Assembly: GCA_041562555.1 (NCBI GenBank)
Contig: JBFEXS010000018.1
Location: forward strand, 1-27,511
DNA from: Sulfurimonadaceae bacterium
Lineage (GTDB): Bacteria > Campylobacterota > Campylobacteria > Campylobacterales > Sulfurimonadaceae
Reading direction: 5' to 3'
Length of the DNA: 27,511 bases
Notes under the pieces: generated by a model
The model's database searches: none
What the model saw: the letters and a program-made list of their open reading frames with translations, nothing else
Told to the model about the DNA's origin: nothing
In this document: in pieces, positions 19,034-26,339 of the stretch
How the letters are laid out: every line of letters starts with the position of its first letter
Position numbering within the stretch: position 1 is the stretch's first letter
Translations under genes and position numbers: made by a program

Positions 19034-19148
19034 GACCTGGCAACATACGCAGCCCCACGGATGTAAGGTTTATGGGTTTAAATCCCTCCAGATCCCTTCC
19101 ATGGTTGTTCAACAGAGCACAGGACAGGCATGTCAGGCCTTTGAGGCC
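19034..19148 (-). other. GC-richer intergenic element with nested inverted repeats (candidate structured RNA or transposon-end relic)
   Basis: Minus-strand pairings GGCCUG/CAGGUC, ACAUGC/GUAUGU and CCAUGGA/UCCGUGG, an apical GGGAUUUAAACCC, and a hairpin GGCCU-CAA-AGGCC. Confidence 0.4.
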
Positions 19149-19153
19149 AAACA

Positions 19154-19573
19154 TTAATATTTCCAGACTTCTTTCTGACCGAATCCCATGTTGTTGTCCG
19201 TATATTTAAGTTCAGTTATCTTGAGCTTCCATAACTCTTTATCATCTATATCAGCAGCATATGGATATTCCTTTAGATAAAGATGCTCTCCACGTGAATG
19301 AGGTTTTTCCACCATACCTTTGATCTGTATCCCCTTGATATGTTCGATCTCCTTTGTCTCCACGTGAATATTTGCCGACACATCCGGGTTTTGCAGAATA
19401 TTTGTTATATGTTCCGTATCATTGGATGAAGCAAAGATAAAACAGGCTTCATCCTCAATAAAGGTATAAAACAACGAACATGTCGAAGGCATGTCATTTT
19501 GTGTGGTTGCCAGTGTAAGGACATGATGTTCCTTGATAAAATCAGCCATCATCTTTGGGATCTTATTACTCAT
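19154..19573 (-). CDS. Pyridoxamine 5'-phosphate oxidase-like split-barrel protein (YhbP/UPF0306-like)
   Basis: FIKEHHVLTLAT...CSLFY...SS.DTEH..N...NP.V...IKGIQIKG...LKYTDNNMGFGQKEVW; AGGAG SD; 8-nt overlap with the upstream gene. Confidence 0.82.
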   Translation of the reverse strand: MSNKIPKMMADFIKEHHVLTLATTQNDMPSTCSLFYTFIEDEACFIFASSNDTEHITNILQNPDVSANIHVETKEIEHIKGIQIKGMVEKPHSRGEHLYLKEYPYAADIDDKELWKLKITELKYTDNNMGFGQKEVWKY

Positions 19574-20468
19574 ATGCTACTCCTAAAAAATCTTCAATTC
19601 GCTGTCTTGAGCTCAAGCCATCTCTCCACTCTTGGGGAATCCTGTCCAGTCCATTATAGGCACCGAGTATCATTCCTGCCACCATGCCCCGTGCTGCGGA
19701 ATCTCCTCCGGCATACACGTTCTGTCGCATCGCTTCTGCATAATCATTCTCATACTTCAAGATCAGATGTAAAGCGCCAGGACAGCCCCCCTTTACATTA
19801 CATGATTGACCACAGGCACCGATGGCTTCTACCGTATCATGTTCAACCGATGCTAAAGCTGTCTTAATCCAGCTGTTCATCGTCTCATCTGTGCTCTCTT
19901 CCAACATAGCCAGAATAGAGTTTTTTGGCTTATACCCTTGTAGTATCAGATATAACAGCTGTGAAAAGAAACGTGTGACCTTGATGACATTCTCCGAGTT
20001 GTGGGTCATCTGCGACTGCAAGACAGCAGCATCTTCCAACTCTTTTTGTTTATCGGCATACAAAAGCGCCAAAGGAGAAATACGTCCGACTACACTGAGG
20101 TCTTGAGAACTTGATCCGGCTTCCAAGGCAGACTTACCTTGATTCAGATTTTCCAAGGTAGTCTTACTTGCTCCATCGACATACCCCTTGTATGCGCTCA
20201 TATACTCTTTCCAACGCGCGCAAAAACTTGCCAAAGAGAACTCTTTTTCAAGAGCGACAGATTCCAAAAGCCACATACATTGATCACCATAGTGGGTAAA
20301 ATCACCGGCTTTTTTATCTCCGTGATAATCTGTCATCGGATCATAAAATCCATCCAGATTAGGAAAATGCTCTTTGATTACATCCACTTCATAGACCCAA
20401 TGCCCGCCCAGAGCAAAAGCATCCGCTACTAGGGCACCATAAATAGCACCATATACAGAAGACTTCAT
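19566..20468 (-). CDS. ADP-ribosylglycohydrolase family protein with non-canonical metal motifs
   Basis: GAIYGALVADAFALG, GDFTHYGDQ, QMTHN, NVYAGGDSAARGMVAGMILGAYNG...IPQEW; AAGGA SD. Confidence 0.88.
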   Translation of the reverse strand: MKSSVYGAIYGALVADAFALGGHWVYEVDVIKEHFPNLDGFYDPMTDYHGDKKAGDFTHYGDQCMWLLESVALEKEFSLASFCARWKEYMSAYKGYVDGASKTTLENLNQGKSALEAGSSSQDLSVVGRISPLALLYADKQKELEDAAVLQSQMTHNSENVIKVTRFFSQLLYLILQGYKPKNSILAMLEESTDETMNSWIKTALASVEHDTVEAIGACGQSCNVKGGCPGALHLILKYENDYAEAMRQNVYAGGDSAARGMVAGMILGAYNGLDRIPQEWRDGLSSRQRIEDFLGVAYE

Positions 20469-20493
20469 ACAGATTCCTTGTATCGTTTGAACA

Positions 20494-20502
20494 AGTATAT
20501 CA
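20494..20502 (-). promoter_or_regulatory. Putative extended -10 promoter (TGaTATACT) for the ARH operon
   Basis: TGn-TATACT about 25 nt upstream of ATG 20468. Confidence 0.55.
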
Positions 20503-20525
20503 TAAGTAAAAAATATAGTATAAGG

Positions 20526-20756
20526 CTAAACACTCACCCTAGAAAGATTGACATACCAGTCATCTCGAATATACGACCGATCACGACAAAGTGTAACATG
20601 CAGTTCTTCCTCATACAAAGTAATTTCCTCAAGATACTCTCTTGGTATCTCTAACTCTTCTGCACAAAAGTACTCCCCATCATCGATCGTCTCTATATCA
20701 GGCCATTGCCAACCGTTGTCCAGTTCTGTAATCTTAAACCTTGTCACAAATTGCAT
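20526..20756 (-). CDS. Small acidic hypothetical protein (76 aa)
   Basis: Fills the gap between co-oriented genes; the AGGA SD favours ATG 20756 (MQFVTRFKI...DDWYVNLSRVSV). Confidence 0.7.
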   Translation of the reverse strand: MQFVTRFKITELDNGWQWPDIETIDDGEYFCAEELEIPREYLEEITLYEEELHVTLCRDRSYIRDDWYVNLSRVSV

Positions 20757-20840
20757 CACGATTATCCTAATGAAGTTCATGCAAAATGGTACAAATCCAA
20801 TATCTCAAAACCATTACATTAGCTTACATTTCAAATACAA

Positions 20841-21002
20841 TCACTCTTGCAATGTCTCCTTAATCGATTCTCCAAACTCTGCTGCTTTTTCTTTATCAAC
20901 GGAGACATCCACACTATCCCCACTTGTATCAAGCTCTAATGCACCACTTAGATAGAGACCGATACCACCTGCGATCAACGCCAAAAAAATCCATTTATAC
21001 AT
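20841..21002 (-). CDS. Small membrane-anchored or exported hypothetical protein (53 aa), absent from the ORF track
   Basis: Hand translation: MYKWIFLALIAGGIGLYLSGALELDTSGDSVDVSVDKEKAAEFGESIKETLQE*. GAGGAG SD; ATGTATAA overlap with the sirtuin stop. Confidence 0.75.
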   Translation of the reverse strand: MYKWIFLALIAGGIGLYLSGALELDTSGDSVDVSVDKEKAAEFGESIKETLQE

Positions 21003-21714
21003 CCATAAACTCCTCTATAATCTCCATCATCTCTTCTACAGACTCTTCTGCACCTTTTTGGATAAAATGCTCAAAATATTCATCTATATGCCGATTAAAC
21101 GACCCATAGGCATTCATATACTCTTCTCGCTTAGGGTTTACCAGGATTGAATGCTGAAACTCTTTCGATATGGGAACAATATCGATCACCTGACCACTTG
21201 TTCCGATTGCAATAAAAAGCTTCGAGTTTTCTATCGCCTCATAAATACGCTGGTACATCGGTGCTGCTTCCCCAAACATCACTACATTATGGCGTACGAT
21301 ATCACTTTCACAGCGTGGACAGGCATCATACTCCGTCTGTGCACTGTACCCCACATCCCACACATGCCCGCAGCTCTCACAACGCAGATCGGTCAGTGTC
21401 CCATGCAGATGGATCACCTCCTTGCATCCCGCTTTTTCAAGAAGGTTATCTACATTTTGTGTAAGATTATAGATCTGACCCGGATATCTCTTCTCAAGTT
21501 CTGCCAAAGCCTTGTGTGCCAAATTAGGTTCCTTGTCTGCCAGGTCCTTTCGTCGCGCATTGTAAAACTCTGTCACCAATCTTCTATCTGCCTGCCATCC
21601 CTGCGTAGAACAGACCTGCATAACATCATAATTCTCCCACAAGCCATCATGATCACGAAATGTCTTTATACCGCTAGCCGCACTTAAACCTGCTCCTGAG
21701 ATAATCATGATCAT
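20995..21714 (-). CDS. cobB: NAD-dependent protein deacylase (Sir2 family, class III-like)
   Basis: GAGLSAASGIKTFRD.DGLW, FYNARR (YxxR), PNLAH, TQNVDNL, catalytic HLHG, Zn ligands CESC/CPRC, VVMFGE, IGTSGQV. Confidence 0.92.
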   Translation of the reverse strand: MIMIISGAGLSAASGIKTFRDHDGLWENYDVMQVCSTQGWQADRRLVTEFYNARRKDLADKEPNLAHKALAELEKRYPGQIYNLTQNVDNLLEKAGCKEVIHLHGTLTDLRCESCGHVWDVGYSAQTEYDACPRCESDIVRHNVVMFGEAAPMYQRIYEAIENSKLFIAIGTSGQVIDIVPISKEFQHSILVNPKREEYMNAYGSFNRHIDEYFEHFIQKGAEESVEEMMEIIEEFMDV

Positions 21715-21950
21715 CGAGACAACCTCTTATAGAGATAATCCTCTAACTGTTCTGGTTTTTTTATATCACGTTTTTGAAGCATCATCTCCCCTATCTCATC
21801 ACTGCTAAGGATATCAAAGACCTCAAAAGAAGAACTCTTGTTATAGAAACTTCTTAGAAACTCCAAAAGCAGTTCAAAATTGTCCAATTCATCAATAGTT
21901 TGACGCTGCTGTTTATAGTGCTTGTATTCGTCCCAATCAATCTTCGACAT
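21711..21950 (-). CDS. Hypothetical protein (79 aa) translationally coupled to the sirtuin
   Basis: GGAGG SD, TATAAT at 21978-21973, ATGA overlap with the sirtuin start. Confidence 0.8.
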   Translation of the reverse strand: MSKIDWDEYKHYKQQRQTIDELDNFELLLEFLRSFYNKSSSFEVFDILSSDEIGEMMLQKRDIKKPEQLEDYLYKRLSR

Positions 21951-22065
21951 AAGCCCTCCATGAAGATTTTTAATTATATTAGCACAGAAATCACCCCGTG
22001 TCTATAATAAACTTTTGGAAAAAGCCGATCTTATTTCTAAACAGAGACTTAAGGGAGAAAAAACG

Positions 22066-22242
22066 ATGAATGCCATTATCAAACAGATCCAAGAAGCATT
22101 GGAGCATGGGCGTCCTGCTAATATCCAGACAAGTCCCCTCGCGTCTCAGGTAATCAAAGAGATCCAAAAATGTACACGGACTTCAGAAAAATCAACACAC
22201 CCGATCAAAAACGAGAGCAAAGATTATGCGTATCATGACTAA
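22066..22242 (+). CDS. Small hypothetical protein (58 aa)
   Basis: TATAAT at 22003-22008 and AAGGGAG SD before ATG 22066 (MNAIIKQIQEAL...). Confidence 0.6.
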   Translation: MNAIIKQIQEALEHGRPANIQTSPLASQVIKEIQKCTRTSEKSTHPIKNESKDYAYHD

Positions 22243-22348
22243 ACGACAGACACATTCACGAAACCTTATCACGCGGGAGCTTTCACGAAAACTTTTCTTC
22301 GCTCTTATGCAAACCCTGATCCTTTTATTCAAAAAAAGAAGACACTAA
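22235..22348 (+). CDS. Possible 37-aa basic/hydrophobic peptide
   Basis: Hand translation: MTKRQTHSRNLITRELSRKLFFALMQTLILLFKKRRH*. ATGACTAA overlap with the preceding ORF; fills the gap up to the patB stop. Confidence 0.35.
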   Translation: MTKRQTHSRNLITRELSRKLFFALMQTLILLFKKRRH

Positions 22349-23547
22349 AACCGTCGTGATTGATATGCTCCATGCAAACGGGAAACTGCCTCCTCAACTG
22401 TTGCACGCGGTGTAGCAAGGTTTATACGCATAAAACCATCCCCCTCTTTGCCAAAACTGACACCTGATGAGAGTCCCAACTTTGCTTCCTCAAAGAAAAA
22501 CGTTTTCAATGCTTTATACGGAAGTCCTAGACCACGGCAATCAAGCCAGGCCAAATAGGTTCCTTCCGGTTTTTTCATCGTAATTGATGGCATATACTCT
22601 TTTAAACAAATATCCAAATAATCGATATTTCCCTGAATATGTTCTATTAACCCCTCTAGCCAGTGCTCGCCTTCTTTATAGGCCGTCTCAAAACCGACAT
22701 GGCCAAAGATAGTTCCTTCACCAAAGTGTGTTGCCTTATAAACCTTCTCAAACTCTTTGCGAAGCTCTTCATTGGAGATGCTGACGGTAGAAATGGACAG
22801 ACCTGCTAGATTGAATGTCTTACCCGGACCATAGCAGACGATTGTTCTATCCGCTAACTCTTTGGAAAGACTTCCAAAAGGGATATGCTTACACCCCTTA
22901 AATATCAGATCAGAATGTATTTCATCTGAAAGTACGATCAAATCATGCCTGATACAGATATCTCCCAAACGCCTGAGTTCTTCCTCACTCCATACACGTC
23001 CCACAGGATTATGAGGAGAACATAAGAGCAGCAGCTTACATCTTTCGTCTATAGAAGCCTCCAAAGCCTCAAAGTCCATAGTATAGTAGCCATCTTTTTC
23101 AAGCAACGCATTTTTTACAAGGACTCTGTCGTTATTCGTCACCGAAGAATAAAAAGGAAAATAAACAGGTGACTGGACGATCACCTTGTCACCGATCTCC
23201 GTAAAGGCTTTGATAGCCATGTTGATACTTGCGACCACGGAGGGAGAATAATACATCCACTCACGCTGTAATCTATACGCATGTCGTTTACCGATCCACT
23301 CTATCTGTGCTTCGAACATGGATTCAGGTGCCTCTTCATATCCTAATATAGGATGCCCGATACGCTCAGAAATCGCTTTCATCACAAAATCGGGGGTCTT
23401 AATATCCATATCTGCCACCCACATAGGCAAAACATCATCCGAACCAAAGAGTCTCTTCTTTAATGCATATTTTTCTGCATTGGTCCCCTCTCTCGAAGAA
23501 ACTTCATTGAAATCTGTCTTACCGTCTCGTCTCACTTTTTCTTCCAT
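22345..23547 (-). CDS. patB: MalY/PatB-family PLP-dependent C-S lyase (cystathionine beta-lyase-like)
   Basis: LPMWVADMD, LLCSPHNPVGRVW, SDEIHSDL, PLP-lysine GPGKTFNLAGL, EGTYLAWLD, FMRINLA. Confidence 0.92.
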   Translation of the reverse strand: MEEKVRRDGKTDFNEVSSREGTNAEKYALKKRLFGSDDVLPMWVADMDIKTPDFVMKAISERIGHPILGYEEAPESMFEAQIEWIGKRHAYRLQREWMYYSPSVVASINMAIKAFTEIGDKVIVQSPVYFPFYSSVTNNDRVLVKNALLEKDGYYTMDFEALEASIDERCKLLLLCSPHNPVGRVWSEEELRRLGDICIRHDLIVLSDEIHSDLIFKGCKHIPFGSLSKELADRTIVCYGPGKTFNLAGLSISTVSISNEELRKEFEKVYKATHFGEGTIFGHVGFETAYKEGEHWLEGLIEHIQGNIDYLDICLKEYMPSITMKKPEGTYLAWLDCRGLGLPYKALKTFFFEEAKLGLSSGVSFGKEGDGFMRINLATPRATVEEAVSRLHGAYQSRRF

Positions 23548-25667
23548 ACAGACATCTGAGAAATGGTATGTTGATATTTTCGCGGTGTCTCACGGATCAC
23601 AAAAGGGACATCCTCCGTTGAAACCAATCGAAAATTCCTATCGAGCATCTCTTTCAACCCATCCAAAGTGGAGACTTGCTTACCATGTTCATCTTCATAG
23701 CCACCGATCCAAAACTCTTTTTTCGTATACTCTTCCAGCCAGGTATACGGGGATGTCAATACCAGATATCCTCCTTCATTGATGCGTTCATGCACCGTCG
23801 TCAAGAAAAGATGCGGTTCATAAAGTCTGTCAATCAAATTAGTTGCCATGATAAGATCGTATCCTTTAAAATGAGGCTTAAGATTACATGCATCTCCCTG
23901 CCAGAACTCGACGTTGTCTTTCATACTTTTAAAATCAAAATCTTCGATATCGATCTCAAGACGCTTACCGATATCTCCTTCACCTTTTTGGTAATAACCG
24001 ACTTTACCCTTTGTCTGTAGTTCGACCCCAACCTGTACGAAACGAGCAGAAAAGTCAATCCCCGTTACCTTCTTAAACACTTTTGCCAGTTCAAAAGAAG
24101 CTCGTCCCGTCGCACACCCAAGATCAAGAGCACTCTCCTGTCTTGTGTCCTTCGTATACTCTATAGCCTTTTTTGCACATGCTTGCGCAAAATTCTCTAC
24201 CCCAAAATGACTCTCACCATACTGGAAGTCGCAATACTGCGACACCAATTCATCCGTTTCATAAATATTTTCATCTTCGATCTTCAAATCTTTCCCTTCT
24301 ACATATCTAAACCCTGCATGCTGATAGAAATGACGCCTGAACGCATATCTCGAATGCTTCATAATCTCATTTCCGCTACTGGCCCATGAACCGCCTTTGA
24401 TCAGATTATGCTTTCCGTCAAAAGTGGGAGTTGAAAAATCATCATAGGCCGGGTGAACTTCAAACCCTTCAAAAGCGTCCATGTGCGATTCCGTCCACTG
24501 CCAAACATTTCCCATCACATCATAGACATCACCAAAAGAAAATCGATTTACAGGACAGGATGAAGCCCAATATCTAAAATTTATATTTGCTCTTCTGTCA
24601 TCATACAAAGGTAGATCCTCGATACCTGCACGCTGATATAGTCGATACCATTCTGCCTCACTTGGCAAACGATAGGATTTTCCATCCTTTTGGCTTTTCC
24701 AGCGGCAGAATGCCTTGGCCTCCAAATAGTTCACATCTACCGGCCAACTCAGAGGAAGTTCCATCTCCTCAAGCATCGCACGATAACGGAATGTCCCGTC
24801 CCCCTTATCTATCCAAAAGACAGGATGGCGTATCTTAGAGGTATTTAAAAAAGTAATTCCTTCTGTATCCCAAAGATCATGATCATCATACCCACCATCT
24901 TGGACAAAATCCAGGAATTCTGCGTTAGACACAAGAAATTTACTTGTCTTAAAGGAAGCAACATCAACCTCTTGACGGCCATACTCATTATCCCATCCAT
25001 AAAGATGATGATCCCTTTCTTTACCCAGGACAATCGTTCCGCCTTCAATCGATACCATCTCATTCTTAGGCTCTGTTCCCGTCTCTTCACAACGTAAAAA
25101 AAATCCATTATCCTGAATCATCTCAATAGGAAGCTGACGATGTAAGACTGATGAAGTTTCCAAATGTATGCGTTCATGTTCGATTCCCATAAGTATGATC
25201 CACATCGGGTCTTCTTGTTTTATAGGGAGTGTCATCGGCAATGTAGAGATCAAGCCATCTACTCTCTGACGAACACGTTGTCTGTATTCACGGACTTCTC
25301 TGACCGCAGGCCATTGATAATGCTCTTCATTCATATCGTCCCAGTTCATCTCATCAACACCCACAGCAAACATTGATTCAAAATCAGCATTAATACGCTC
25401 GTGAATGATATTAGCAACAATAAGCTTATTAATAAAAAAGGTAGCCGTATGTCCAAAATAAAAGATCATAGGATGGCGAGTAGGCTCTGATTTCAAATAA
25501 AAGACTTCGTCGTCACTTAAGCACTCGAACAGTTTTTCAAAAAAAGAATAGGTTTTGTGAAAATAGTCACGAATCTCTTCACGTTTTGCATTCACATCAT
25601 TCCCATCAAGTGTCGGAGACATCACATGAAATGTAGCCATTGAACTTGAGTTTATGTTGTGTGACAT
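23532..25667 (-). CDS. ovoA: 5-histidylcysteine sulfoxide synthase / methyltransferase (DinB_2 + FGE-like + SAM methyltransferase)
   Basis: RHPMIFYFGHTATFFINKL, FAVGVDEMNWDD, iron motif GIEHERIHLETSSVL, YGWDNEYG, GNVWQW, HPAYDDFSTP, RYAFRRHFYQHAGFR, LDLGCATGR, GDACNL, NLIDRLY.P, SPYTWLEEYT, RET.RKYQH. The AAGGTGG SD favours ATG 25667. Confidence 0.94.
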   Translation of the reverse strand: MSHNINSSSMATFHVMSPTLDGNDVNAKREEIRDYFHKTYSFFEKLFECLSDDEVFYLKSEPTRHPMIFYFGHTATFFINKLIVANIIHERINADFESMFAVGVDEMNWDDMNEEHYQWPAVREVREYRQRVRQRVDGLISTLPMTLPIKQEDPMWIILMGIEHERIHLETSSVLHRQLPIEMIQDNGFFLRCEETGTEPKNEMVSIEGGTIVLGKERDHHLYGWDNEYGRQEVDVASFKTSKFLVSNAEFLDFVQDGGYDDHDLWDTEGITFLNTSKIRHPVFWIDKGDGTFRYRAMLEEMELPLSWPVDVNYLEAKAFCRWKSQKDGKSYRLPSEAEWYRLYQRAGIEDLPLYDDRRANINFRYWASSCPVNRFSFGDVYDVMGNVWQWTESHMDAFEGFEVHPAYDDFSTPTFDGKHNLIKGGSWASSGNEIMKHSRYAFRRHFYQHAGFRYVEGKDLKIEDENIYETDELVSQYCDFQYGESHFGVENFAQACAKKAIEYTKDTRQESALDLGCATGRASFELAKVFKKVTGIDFSARFVQVGVELQTKGKVGYYQKGEGDIGKRLEIDIEDFDFKSMKDNVEFWQGDACNLKPHFKGYDLIMATNLIDRLYEPHLFLTTVHERINEGGYLVLTSPYTWLEEYTKKEFWIGGYEDEHGKQVSTLDGLKEMLDRNFRLVSTEDVPFVIRETPRKYQHTISQMSVWKKK

Positions 25668-26012
25668 GAAAACCACCTTTACAAGATAAAATTAATTTAT
25701 TCTAGCAGATTTCACACAAAAGACTCAGTAGAGAGTATTTGTAGGGAAAAAAAATCAAAACCGAGGTTATTTGACACATATTTTTTATATATATATTCAA
25801 AAAAAAACAAAAAACACTTTAGTTATAGATAAAAAAATACATAGTGTTATATTTGATGAAACTAAACAAATGGAAATGTGCATAAGAGTTACACAGTATT
25901 TAGATATTAGCTTAAATTATATCTATAGTTACAAATAGAGCTTGAAATCATAGATTTGGATGTTAGAATATTTGTATATATACTATAAAAATATTGTTTA
26001 TTTGGAGGAGTT

Positions 26013-26339
26013 ATGATGAAAAAACTTCCTTTTTATCTAAATGACAGTTTGGTACCATTCTATCGTGTTGTACTTGTATTGGCATTTTTACTCAGCTTCT
26101 CATCGATGCTGGTCGGAGCGGGATTTACAATTGTCACTTATATAAGCAGTGAGCTATCTTTTAGCGCGTCACTCTATCAAGGGTTTATCCTCTTTCTAAA
26201 AGGAGCTGCACTGAGTGCACTGCTTGGCTTTACAGGTTTTCTTGCATTTTGGAAAAGACATCAGATCATGTATGAAAACTGCCAAGACTCCCATAAACAG
26301 TCCGATTGCAATAAGATAGGATTTTTCACCTTTGCTTGA
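26013..26339 (+). CDS. Small integral membrane hypothetical protein
   Basis: GGAGGAG SD; at least two long hydrophobic stretches; TTGA overlap with pgeF. Confidence 0.75.
   Translation: MMKKLPFYLNDSLVPFYRVVLVLAFLLSFSSMLVGAGFTIVTYISSELSFSASLYQGFILFLKGAALSALLGFTGFLAFWKRHQIMYENCQDSHKQSDCNKIGFFTFA

Noticed and set aside
19072..19101. GGGTTTAAATCCC...CCA resembles a tRNA T-arm and 3' end
   Set aside because: The loop lacks TTC, the stem is only 3 bp, and no acceptor or anticodon arms can be formed.
20995..21714. Sir2 protein as an anti-phage NADase (Thoeris/DSR-like)
   Set aside because: It has the size, Zn ribbon and YxxR motif of housekeeping CobB deacylases, and no TIR, Argonaute or HerA partner is present.
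404..25376. Many 60-180 aa ORFs in the track lying antisense to, or out of frame within, the large genes (e.g. 1431..1877, 8285..8716, 21151..21687, 23318..23782)
   Set aside because: They overlap well-supported genes, have no recognisable motifs, and are best explained as shadow ORFs.
23532..25667. EgtB (ergothioneine) or selenometabolite synthase instead of OvoA
   Set aside because: The fused C-terminal methyltransferase and the GVDEMxWDD and RRHFYQHAGFR motifs fit OvoA; no egtD or selenophosphate synthetase gene is in the window.
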